Shown here: piece after piece, positions 53,201 through 64,000 of the stretch
How positions within the stretch are numbered: position 1 is the first letter of the stretch
How the letters are laid out: every line of letters starts with the position of its first letter
Assembly: GCF_044704955.1 (NCBI RefSeq)
Contig: NC_092006.1
Location: 5,270,001-5,334,000 of the forward strand
Length of the DNA stretch: 64,000 nt
Direction: 5' to 3'
Source of the DNA: Pristiophorus japonicus
Lineage: Eukaryota
Notes under the pieces: model-generated
Database searches by the model: none
Told to the model about the DNA's origin: nothing
Seen by the model: only the letters and a program-made list of their open reading frames with translations
Translations under genes and position numbers: made by a program

Positions 53201-54688
53201 CCTAGTGAATCGTCTCTGTACCCCCTCCAAAGCCAGTATATCCTTCCTTAAGTAAGGTGACCAAAACTGCACGCAGTACTACAGGTGCGGCCTCACCAAT
53301 ACCCTATACAGTTGCAGAAGGACCTCCCTGCTTTTGTACTCCATCCCTCTCGCAATGAAGGCCAACATTCCATTCGCCTTCCTGATTACCTACTGCACCT
53401 GCAAACTAACTTTTTGGGATTCATGCACAAGGACCCCCAGGTCCCTCTGCACCGCAGCATGTTGTAATTTCTCCCCATTCAAATAATATTCCCTTTTACT
53501 GTTTTTCTTCCCAAGGTGGATGACCTCACACTTTCCGACATTGTATTCCATCTGCCAAACCTTAGCCCATTCGCTTAACCTATCTAAATCTCTTTGCAAC
53601 AGTGATGTCTTGCATTTAAATAGCGCCTTTGATGTCCTAAGGCGCTTCACAGGAGCATTAGTCAGACAAAAATTAAAGGTCGAACCCCACGAGGAGAGAT
53701 TACGACAGGTGAGCAAAGGCTTGGCCGAGGAGGGAGGTTTTAAGGAGGAGAGAGGGGCGGAGAGGTTTAGGGAGGGAGTTCCAGAGCTTGGGGCCCAGGC
53801 AGCTGAAGGCACGGCCACCGATGGTGGAGCGATTATAATCAGGGATGGTCAAGAGGGCAGAATTGGAGGAGCAGTAGGAGATAGGGAGGGATGTAGGTGC
53901 TGGAGGAGAGTACAGAGATAAGGAGGGGTGTATGGGCTGGAGGAGATTACAGAGATAGAGAGGGGTGTAGGGGCTGGAGCAGGTTACAGAGATAGGGAGG
54001 GGTGTAGGGGTTGGAGGGGGTTACAGAGATAGGGAGGGGTGTAGGGGTTGGAGGGGGTTACAGAGATAGGGAGGGGTGTAGGGGCTAAAGGAGGTCACAG
54101 AGATAGGGAGGGATGTAGGGGCTGGAGGAGGTTACAGAGTTAGGGAGGGATGTAGAGGCTGGAGGAGGTTGCAGAGATAGGGAGGGGTGTAGGGCTGGAG
54201 GAGAGGCAGTACTGAGGGAGCGCCGCACTGTCGGAGGAGCAGTACTGAGGGAACACCGCACTGTCGGAGGGACCGTCTTTCGGCTGAGACGTTAAACCGA
54301 GGCACCATCTGCCCTCTCGGTTGTAAAAGATCCCGGGGCCACTATTGGAAGAAGAGCAGGGGGAGTTCTCCCTGGTGTCCTGGGGCCAATATTTATCCCT
54401 CAACCAACATCACTAAAAACAGATGATCCGGGTCATTATCACATTGCTGTGTGTGGGAGCTTGCTGTGCGCAAATTGAGCTGCCGCGTTTCCCACAATAC
54501 AACAGTGACTGCACTTCAAAAAGTACTTCATTGGCTGTAAGGCGCTTTGGGACGACCGGTGGTGGTGAAGGGCGCTATAGAAATGCACGTCTATTTCTTT
54601 TCAATATAGTTGAGCAGGAAGGTAACGGTTTTCTCGTGTTGTTCCTTCACAGACTATGTACGCGCACCTGGCATTCGCTGTGGATTAG
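47218..54688 (+). CDS. Gene D: VJ-C1-TM receptor, 6 coding exons, ~299 aa, TMYAHL motif
   Basis: Exons: 47218-47260 (leader), 50203-50541 (VJ), 50633-50938 (C1), 52177-52293 (EPLHSSTCRFALYASLAMAPLVMGLIGVAVARRGKTRQP), 52396-52454 (ESAATTDRGTASRIKKAEEE), 54653-54688 (TMYAHLAFAVD*). 900 nt in frame; AATAAA at 54901. Confidence 0.9.
47320..49200. repeat. 28-bp minisatellite (~65 copies) in gene D intron 1
   Basis: Reverse complement of the 36980-40130 unit. Confidence 0.95.
50203..50541 (+). CDS. Gene D germline-joined VJ exon
   Basis: QAVLSQFP...LQC...WY...DSGRYYCAAPNAGNRTLIFGTGTTLVIT; cag acceptor and gtaatc donor. Confidence 0.95.
50633..50938 (+). CDS. Gene D C1-like exon
   Basis: PPVLFLLTPP...VPLMCLVRG..PDSSPIRWLV...PDGSYTARSVLSVSAETWRSGAVCTCTV; follows a 91-bp intron. 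Confidence 0.92.
52717..53598 (-). mobile_element. CR1 3' fragment in the last intron of gene D
   Basis: CR1 peptides and tail. Confidence 0.9.
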
Positions 54689-54900
54689 ACCGCATCGTGA
54701 GAGCGGGAAGGGTTTGCCAATATCCTCCCGGTCCGGATCGGAAGAGTTGGGGCCTTGAGAAATACAGCGCCCACTCGCCGCGCCCTCAGTCACAACCTGT
54801 GCACGGTGACCATTCACTCCAATGTCCCCGAACTCCCAGTGTGACTTTCCTCTGCCGGTAGTTTTGATCAATCTTTGATTCTTGTCTTTATTAGCGTTGC

Positions 54901-54906
54901 AATAAA
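54901..54906 (+). promoter_or_regulatory. Probable poly(A) signal of gene D
   Basis: AATAAA about 210 nt after the stop codon. Confidence 0.6.
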
Positions 54907-55734
54907 AAACATTTTATTCTCTTTACAACCTCATGCCCACTTCGAATGCATCCGTTATCAGACACAGAGAAGCGGAATTTATTGTTGAAATCGATGATAA
55001 CTGTTGCTAAAGGGGCCAATTATCTCAGGATTTGTGTTCAGTTTAACTGTCAGAGGGACGAACGTGCATTTTAGATCACATAGAAACATAGAAAATAGGT
55101 GCAGAACAGGCCATTCGGCCCTTCGAGCCTGCACCACCATTCAATATGATCATGGCTGATCATTCACCTCAGTACCCCTTTCCTGCTTTCTCTCCATACC
55201 CCTTGATCCCTTTAGCCGTATCTAAGGGCCACATCTAACTCCCTCTTGAATATATCCAACGAACTGGCCTCAACAACTCTCTGTGGTAGAGAATTCCACA
55301 GGTTCACAACTCTCTGGGTGAAGAAGTTTCTCCTCATCTCGGTCCTAAATGGCTTACCCCTTATCCTTAGACTGTGACCCCTGGTTCTGGACTTCCCCAA
55401 CATCGGGAACATTCTTCCTGAATCTAACCTGTCTAATCCCGTCAGAATTTTATATGTTTCTATGAGATCCCCTCTCATTCTTCTAAACTCCAGTGAATAT
55501 AGGCCCAGTTGATCCAGTCTCTCCTCATATGTCAGTCCAGCCATTCCGAGAAACAGTCTGGTGAACCTTCGCTGCACCCCCTCAATAGCAAGAACGTCCT
55601 TCCTCAGATTAGGAGACCAAAACTGAACACAATATTCCAGGGGTGGCCTCACCAAGGCCCTGTACATCCCGGGAATCAGTCTGGTGAACCTTCACTGCAC
55701 TCCCTCAATAGCAAGAACGTCCTTCCTCAGATAG

Positions 55735-58592
55735 AGGACAGATGTGCAAATAGATGTTAACAAATATGATGTGATTGGGATTACGGAGACGTGGCTCCAC
55801 TATGATCAGGGCTGGGAACTCAACATCCAGGGGTATTCAACATTCAGGAAAGATAGAATAAAAGGAAAAGGAGGTGGGGTAGCATTGCTGGTTAAGGAGC
55901 AAATTAAGGCAATAGTTCGGAAGGACATTAGCTTGGATGATGTGGAATCTATATAGGTAGAGCTGCAGGATACCAAAGGGCAAAAAACGTTAGTGGGAGT
56001 TGTGTACAGACCTCCAAACAGTAGTAGTGATGTTGGGGAGGGCATCAAACATGAAATTAGGGGTGCGTGCAATAAAGGTGCAGCAGTTATAATGGGTGAC
56101 TTTAATATGCACATAGATTGGGTTAACCAAACTGGAAGCAATACGGTGGAGGAGGATTTCCTGGAGTGCATAAGGGATGGTTTTTTAGACCAATATGTCG
56201 AGGAACCAACTAGGGGGGAGGCCATCTTAGACTGGGTGTTGTGTAATGAGAGAGGATTAATTAGCAATCTCGTTGTGCGAGGCCCCTTGGGGAAGAGTGA
56301 CCATAATATGGTGGAATTCTGCATTAGGATGGAGAATGAAACAGTTAATTCAGAGACCATGGTCCAGAACTTAAAGAAGGGTAACTTTGAAGGTATGAGG
56401 CGTGAATTGGCTAGGATAGATTGGCGAATGATAATGAAGGGGTTGACTGTGGATGGGCAATGGCAGACATTTAGAGACCGCATGGATGAACTACAACAAT
56501 TGTACATTCCTGTCTGGCGTAAAAATAAAAAAGGGAAGGTGGCTCAACCGTGGCTATCAAGGGAAATCAGGGATAGCATTAAAGCCAAGGAAGTGGCATA
56601 CAAATTGGCCAGAAATAGCAGCGAACCCAGGGACTGGGAGAAATTTAGAACTCAGCAGAGGAGAACAAAGGGTTTGATTAGGGCAGGGAAAATGGAGTAC
56701 GAGAAGAAGCTTGCAGGGAACATTAAGACGGATTGCAAAAGTTTCTATAGATATGTAAAGAGAAAAAGGTTAGTAAAGACAAACGTAGGTCCCCTGCAGT
56801 CAGAATCAGGGGAAGTCATAACGGGGAACAAAGAAATGGCGGACCAATTGAACAAGTACTTTGGTTCGGTATTCACTGAGGAGGACACAAACAACCTTCC
56901 GGATATAAAAGGGGTCGGGGGGTCTAGTAAGGAGGAGGAACTGAGGGAAATCTTTATTAGTCGGGAAACTGTGTTGGGGAAATTGATGGGATTGAAGGCC
57001 GATAAATCCCCAGGGCCTGATGGACTGCATCCCAGAGTACTTAAGGAGGTGGCCTTGAAAATAGTGGATGCATTGACAGTCATTTTCCAACATTCCATTG
57101 ACTCTGGATCAGTTCCTATGGAGTGGAGGGTAGCCAATGTAACCCCACTTTTAAAAAAAGGAGGGAGAGAGAAAACAGGGAATTATAGACCGGTCTGCCT
57201 GACATCGGTAGTGGGTAAAATGATGGAATCAATTATTAAGAATGTCATAGCAGCGCATTTGGAAAGAGGTAATATGATAGGTCCAAGTCAGCATGGATTT
57301 GTGAAAGGGAAATCATGCTTGACAAATCTTCTGGAATTTTTTGAGGATGTTTCCAGTAGAGTGGACAAGGGAGAACCAGTTGATATGGTATATTTGGACT
57401 TTCAGAAGGCTTTCGACAAGGTCCCACACAAGAGATTAATGTGCAAAGTTAAAGCACATGGGATTGGGGGTAGTGTGCTGACATGAATTGAGAACTGGTT
57501 GTCAGACAGGAAGCAAAGAGTAGGAGTAAATGGGGACTTTTCAGAATGGCAGGCAGTGACTAGTGGGGTACCGCAAGGTTCTGTGCTGGGGCCCCAGCTG
57601 TTTACACTGTACATTAATGATTTAGACGAGGGGATTAAATGTAGTATCTCCAAATTTGCGGATGACACTAAGTTGGGTGGCAGTGTGAGCTTTGAGGAGG
57701 ATGCTATGAGGCTGCAGAGCGACTTGGATAGGTTAGGTGAGTGGGCACATGCATGGCAGATGAAGTATAATGTGGATAAATGTGAGGTTATCCACTTTGG
57801 TGGTAAAAACAGAGAGACAGACTATTATCTGAATGGTGACAGATTAGGAAAAGGGGAGGTGCAAAGAGACCTGGGTGTCATGGTACATCAGTCATTGAAG
57901 GTTGGCATGCAGGTACAGCAGGCGGTTAAGAAAGCAAATGGCATGTTGGCCTTCATAGCGAGGGGATTTGAGTACAGGGGCAGGGAGGTGTTGCTACAAT
58001 TGTACAGGGCCTTGGTGAGGCCACACCTGGAGTATTGTGTACAGTTTTGGTCTCCTAACCTGAGGAAGGACATTCTTGCTATTGAGGGAGTGCAGCGAAG
58101 GTTCACCAGACTGATTCCCGGGATGGCGGGACTGACCTATCAAGAAAGACTGGATCAACTGGGCTTGTATTCACTGGAGTTCAGAAGAATGAGAGGGGAC
58201 CTCATAGAAACGTTTAAAATTCTGACGGGGTTAGACAGGTTAGATGCAGGAAGAATGTTCCCAATGTTGGGGAAGTCCAGAACCAGGGGACACAGTCTAA
58301 GGATAAGGGGGAAGCCATTTAGGACCGAGATGAGGAGGAATTTCTTCACCCAGAGAGTGGTGAACCTGTGGAATTCTCTACCACAGAAAGTTGTTGAGGC
58401 CAATTCACTAAATATATTCAAAAAGGAGTTGGATGAAGTCCTTACTACTAGGGGAATCAAGGGGTATGGTGAGAAAGCAGGAATGGGGTACTGAAGTTGC
58501 ATGTTCAGCCATGAACTCATTGAATGGCGGTGCAGGCTAGAAGGGCCGAATGGCCTACTCCTGCACCTATTTTCTATGTTTCTATGTTTCTA
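55735..58592 (+). mobile_element. CR1 LINE with near-complete ORF2 (APE endonuclease + RT), broken by two in-frame stops
   Basis: GITETW, VVYRPP, MGDFN, SDH, NYRPV.LTS, LDFQKAFD, GVPQGSVLGP, FADD; stops at 55954-55956 and 57484-57486, with all three ORFs in the same frame. Confidence 0.96.
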
Positions 58593-58729
58593 TGATTAGG
58601 AGACCAAAACTGAACACAATATTCCAGGTGTGGCCTCACCAAGGCCCTGTACATCCCGGGAATCAGTCTGGTGAACCTTCGCTGCACACCCCCAGCGGAA
58701 TTTACAGCTATTTTCGTTGTATCTATAAA

Positions 58730-58985
58730 CCAGTGACCCCTGCTTAAAGGGTCACACTCCAAAGTGTCCCCTTGGTTTTTTGGGTTTTTTTTCCTGAGAG
58801 CACCAAAAACACAAATTATACAAGTGGCCCCCCTGACTAACTTAAACAAATTAAACTTTAAATATTGTGGTTCAAATTAACATTTGGTTGCCGGGCGGGT
58901 GCGGGGGGTGATGATGCACTCCAGTCCCTCGGGCGCCCACCTCTCGCAGAAGGCCGCGAGCGTACTGGTGGACACCGTGGAAGAG
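58730..58985 (-). mobile_element. 3' end of another Tx1-like element; a related piece lies at 8705-8960 (+)
   Basis: TLAAF.ERWAPEGLECII terminal peptide shared by both copies. Confidence 0.55.
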
Positions 58986-59282
58986 AACGCGCTTTACAAC
59001 CTTCCCGTTGGAGCTTGTGGGATCTTCCTGTGCGCCAAAGTGGCAGCCGCATGTCGCTACATTGCACTGGTGGCCACACTTCAAGATAAAAAGTGCGTTC
59101 ATTGGCTGGGAAACAGGGCGGGACGTCCCAAGCTCCTTGTGTGCCGCGACAGAAGACCAAAAGTCTTTCCTGACTGGTCACAATGGAAACGCTGCACAAC
59201 ATCTTTTGGTCAAGTTGTACTCAACACACACAGTTCCAGGCCAAGATACCATTGGGGAAATATACTTGCAACCCAGGGTGGA

Positions 59283-60162
59283 GCTTTGGAGGCAGTTCAG
59301 AGAAGGTTCACTCAGTCGATTCCGGAGATGAGGGGGCTTGACTTATGAGGAAAGGTTGAGCAGGTTGGGCCTCTACTCATTGGGATTCAGAAGAATTCAG
59401 AGGTGATCTTATCGAAACGTATAAGATTATGAGGGGGCTCGACAGCAGGACCCGGGGGTACTTGTGCATGAAACACAAAAGGTTAGTATGCAGGTACAGC
59501 AAGTGATCAGGAAGGCCAATGGTATCTTGGCCTTTATTGCAAAGGGGATGGAGTATAAAAGCAGGGAGGTCTTGCTACAGTTATACAGGGTATTGGTGAG
59601 GCCACACCTGGAATACTGCGTGCAGTTTTGGTTTCCATATTTACGAAAGGATATACTTGCTTTGGAGGCAGTTCAGAGAAGGTTCACTCGGTTGATTCCG
59701 GAGATGAGGGAGTTGACTTATGAGGAAAGGTTGAGTAGGTTGGGCCTCTACTCATTGGAATTCAGAAGAATGAGAGGTGATCTTATGGAAACGTGTAAGA
59801 TTATGAGGGGGCTTGACAAGGTGGATGCAGAGAGGATGTTTCCACTGATGGGGGAGACTAGAACGCGGGGGCATGATCTTAGAATAAGGGGCCACCCATT
59901 TAAAACTGAGATGAGGAGGAATTTCTTCTCTCAGAGGGTTGTAAATCTGTGGAATTTGCTGCCTCAGAGAGCTGTGGAAGCTGGGACATTGAATAAATTT
60001 AACACAGAGATAGACGGTTTCTTAACCGATACGGGGATAAGGGGGCGGGCAGGGAAGTGGAGCTGAGTCCATGATCGGATCAGCCACGATCGTATTGAAT
60101 GGCGGAGCAGGCTCGAGGGGCCGAATGGCCTACTCCTGCTCCTATTTCTTATGTTCTTATGA
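59283..60162 (+). mobile_element. CR1 3' fragment
   Basis: 200-aa CR1 C-terminal ORF and tail. Confidence 0.9.
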
Positions 60163-60411
60163 TTCCAGTGTACAATACTACCACCTTCACCTCGTATGGG
60201 AATTAAACACATACTTATACAGGGGCTCAAAGGGTTAAATTGTGTGGGCAGTTTGCACAGATGTGGCTTGATTTCCTCGATTATAGAAGATTAAGAGGTC
60301 AACCAATTGAAGCGTTTAATTTGCTTGAAGGGTTGATAGGGTCGAAAGAGAAAAATTATTTCCTCTGTTGGGGGAGTCCAGAACAAGGAGATGTAACTTT
60401 AATTTTAAAGC

Positions 60412-62045
60412 AAGTAAGACTTGCATTTATATAGTGCCTTTCACGACCACCGGACATCCCAAAGCGCTTTACAGCCAATGAAGTACTTTTCGGAGTGTGG
60501 TCACTGTTGTATTGTGGGAAACACAGCAGCCAATTTACGCACAGCAAGCTCCCACACACAGCAATGTGATAATGACTCAGAACATCTGTTTTACTGATGT
60601 TGGCCGAGGGATAAATATTGGCCCCAGGACACCGGGGAGAACTCCCCCTGCTCTTCTTCGAAATAGTTCTGTGGAATCTTTTACGTCCGCTTGAGAGGGC
60701 AGACGTGGCCTCGGTTTAATGTCTCATCTAAAAGACAGCACCTCTGATAGTGCTGCGCTCCCTCAGTCCTACCCCTCCGACAGTGCGGCGCTCCCTCAGT
60801 ACCGCCCCTCCGACAGTGTGGCGCTCCCTCAGTACCGACCCTCCGACAGTGTGGCGCTCCCTCAGTACCGACCCTCCGACAGTACGGCGCTCCCTCAGTA
60901 CCGACCCTCCGACAGTGCGGCGCTCCCTCAGTACTGCCCCTCCGACAGTGCGGCGTTCCCTCAGTACTGCCCCTATGACAGTGCGGCACTCCCTCAGTAC
61001 TGCCCCTCCGACAGTGCGACGCTCCCTCAGTACTGCCCCTCCGACAGTGCGGTGCTCCCTCAGTACTGCCCCTCTGACAGTGCGGCGCTCCCTCTACTGC
61101 CCCTCCGACAGTGCGACGCTCCCTCAGTACTGCCCCTCCGACAGTGCGACGCTCCCTCAGTACTGCCCCTCCGACAGTGCGGCGCTCCCTCGGTACTGCC
61201 CCTCCGACAGCGCGGTGCTCCCTCAGTACCGCCCCTCCGACAGCGCGAGGCTCCCTCAGTACTGCCCCTCCGACAGTGCGGTGCTCCCTCAGTACTGCCC
61301 CTCCAACAGCGCGGTGCTCCCTCAGTACCGCCCCTCCGACAGTGCGATGCTTCCTTATTACTGCCCCTCTGACAGTGCGGCGCTGCCTCTACTGCCCCTC
61401 CGACACTGCGATGCTCCCTCAGTACTGCCCCTCCGACAGTGCGACGCTCCCTCAGTACTGCCCCTCCGACAGTGCGGCGCTCCCTCAGTACTGCCCCTCT
61501 GACAGTGCGGTGCTCCGTCAGTACTGCCCCTCCGACAGTGCGGTGCTCCCTCAGTACCGCCCCTCCGACAGCGCGTTGCTCCCTCAGTACTGCCCCTCTG
61601 GCAGTGTGGCACTCCCTCAGTACTGCCCCTCCGACAGTGCGATGCTCCCTCAGTACTGCCCCTCCGACAGTGCGGCACTCCCTCAGTACTGCCCCTCTTA
61701 CAGTGCGGCGCTCCCTCAGTACTGCCCCTCCGACAGCGCGGTGCTCCCTCAGTACCGCCCCTCCGACAGCGCGGGGCTCCCTTAGTACTGCTCCTCCGAC
61801 AGTGCGGTGCTCCCTCAGTACTGCCCCTCCGACAGCGCGGTGCTCCCTCAGTACCGCCCCTCCGACAGCGCGATGCTCCCTCAGTACTGCTCCTCCGACA
61901 GCGCGGGGCTCCCTCAGTACCGCCCCTCCAACAGCGCGGTGCTCCCTCAGTATTGCCCCTCCGACAGTGCGGCGCTCCCTCAGTACTACCCCTCCGACAG
62001 TGCGGCGCTTCCTCAGTACTGCCCCTCCGACAGCGCGGTGCTCCC
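60412..62045 (-). mobile_element. SINE with large 33-bp tandem expansion (60740-62045, ~40 copies)
   Basis: Same unit as at 17150; source of the spurious (SDSAALPQYCP)n ORFs. Confidence 0.85.
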
Positions 62046-63622
62046 ACAGCTCTCTGGGGCAGCGAATTCCACAGATTTACAACCCTCGGAGAGAAGAAAT
62101 TCCTCCTCATCTCAGTTTTAAATGGGCGGCCCCTTATTCTAAGACCATGCCCCCTAGTTCTAGTCTCCCCCATCAGTGGAAACATCCTCTCTGCATCCAC
62201 CTTGTCGAGCCCCCTCATTATCTTATACGTTTTGATAAGATTACCTCTCATTCTTCTGAACTGCAATGAGTAGAGGCCCAACCTCCTCAAACAATCCACA
62301 TAAGACAACCCCCTCATCTCTGGAATCAACCGAGTGAACCTTCTTTGAGCTGCCTCCAAAGCAAGTGTATCCTTCCTTAAATACGGAGACCAAAACTGCA
62401 TGCAGTACTCCAGGTGTGGCCTCACCAATACCCTGTACAGTTGTAGCAGGACTTCCCTGCTTTTATACTCCATCCCCCTTTGCAATAAAGGCCAAGATTC
62501 CATTGGCCTTCCTGATCACTTGCTGTACCTGCATACTAACTTTTTGTGTTTCATGCACAAGGACCCCCAGGTCCCGCTGTACTGCAGCACTTTGCAATCT
62601 TTCTCCATTTAAATTATAATTTGCTTTTCTATTATTTCTGCCATTTTCCCACATTATACTCCATCTGCCAAATGTTTACCCATTCACTTAGCCTGTCTAT
62701 ATCCCTTTGCAGATTTTTTTGTGTCCTCCTCACAATTTGCTTTCCCACCCATCTTTGTATCATCAGCAAACTTGGCTACATTACACTCAGTCCCTTCACC
62801 CAAGTCATTTATATAGATTGTAAATAGTTGAGGCCCCAGCACTGATCCCTGTGGCACCCCACTGGTTACTGTTTGCCAACCGGAAAATGACCCATTTATC
62901 CCGACTCTCTGTTTTCTGTTAGTTAGCCAATCCTCTATCCATGCTAATATATTACCCCCAACCCTGTGAGCTTTTATCTTGTGCAGTAACCTTTTATGTG
63001 GCACCTTGTCGAATGCCTTCTGGAAATCCAAATACACCACATCCACTGGTTCCCCCTTATCTACCCTGCTTATTAAGGGAATCGAGGGATATGGGGATCG
63101 GGTGGGAAAGTGTTGAGGTAGAAGATGTGGTGTATTTGGACTTCCAGAAGGCATTTGACAAGATGCCACATGAAAGGTTACTGCACAAGATAAAAGTTCA
63201 TGGAGTGCGGGGGTGGGGTAATATATTAGCATGGATAGAGGATTGGCTAACTAACAGAGAACAGAGAGTCGGGATAAATGGTTCGTTCTCAGGTTGGCAA
63301 TCAGTAACTAGTGGAGTGCCGCAGGGATCAGTGCTGGGACCCCAACTATTTACAATCTATATTAACGACTTGGAAGAAGGGACCGAGTGTAACGTAGCCA
63401 AGTTTGCTGATGATACAAAGATGGGAGGAAAAGCAATGTGTGAGGAGGACACACAAAATCTGCAAAAGGACATAGACAGGCTAAGTGAGCCCACTAGTTA
63501 CTGATTGCCGACCCGAGAATGACCCATTTATCCCGACTCTCTGTTTTCTGTTAGTTCGCCAATCCTCTATCTATGCTAATATATTACCCCCAACCCCGTG
63601 AACTTTTATCTTGTGCAGTAAC
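62045..63622. mobile_element. Rearranged CR1 fragments in both orientations
   Basis: RT peptides on minus (62045-63070) and plus (63120-63490). Confidence 0.88.
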
Positions 63623-64000
63623 CAAGTCGGGATGGTGTGTGACTGGGAGGGGAATGTGGAGGTGGTGGTGTTCCCATGCGCCTGCTGCCCTTGTCCTTCT
63701 AGCGGGTAGAGGTCGTGGGTTTGGGAGGTGCTGCCGAAGAAGTCTTGGCGAGTTGCCGCGGTGCATCTTGTAGACGGTGCACACTGCAGCCACGGTGTGC
63801 TGGTGGTGGAGGGAGTGAGTGTTGAAATTGCAACTCGATATCATACAAGCACAGAAATTTACAGCACGGAAGGAGGCCATTTTGGCCCATCGTGTCCACG
63901 CCGGCCGACAAAGAGCCACCCAGCCTAATCCCACTTTCCCGCTCTCGGTCCGTAGCCCTGTAGGTTACGGAACTTCAGGTGCACATCCAAATGTGGTGAG

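Noticed and set aside
60719-62503. Long repetitive ORFs (SDSAALPQYCP)n and (STAPPTVRRSL)n, also at 17110-17716 and 44758-45117
   Set aside because: Translations of a stop-poor 33-bp SINE minisatellite, open in several frames.

Overview
Vertebrate genomic DNA, most likely a cartilaginous fish (shark); this is inferred from the dense CR1 LINEs, tRNA/Deu-type SINEs, Tx1- and RTE-like fragments, not from a database match. Most ORFs in the track are retroelement or minisatellite artefacts. Between the repeats I could rebuild by hand four complete multi-exon genes with canonical GT-AG junctions and consistent phases, arranged A(+) B(-) C(-) D(+). Each encodes leader / single-exon germline-joined VJ domain / 77-97 bp intron / C1-like domain / TM / cytoplasmic tail carrying a T-x-Y-A-x-L (ITSM/ITIM-like) motif, and I found no RSS. 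They look like non-rearranging antigen-receptor-like (TCR/IgL-like) receptors. C and D sit head-to-head on an inverted duplication, with near-identical promoter and ectodomain but very different TM and tail exons. C appears to be a chimera with a D-type ectodomain on a B-type 3' half, the pattern expected of paired receptors homogenised by gene conversion. All exon models are manual and unverified by transcript data. Assembly gaps lie at 23141-23354 and 25660-25893.
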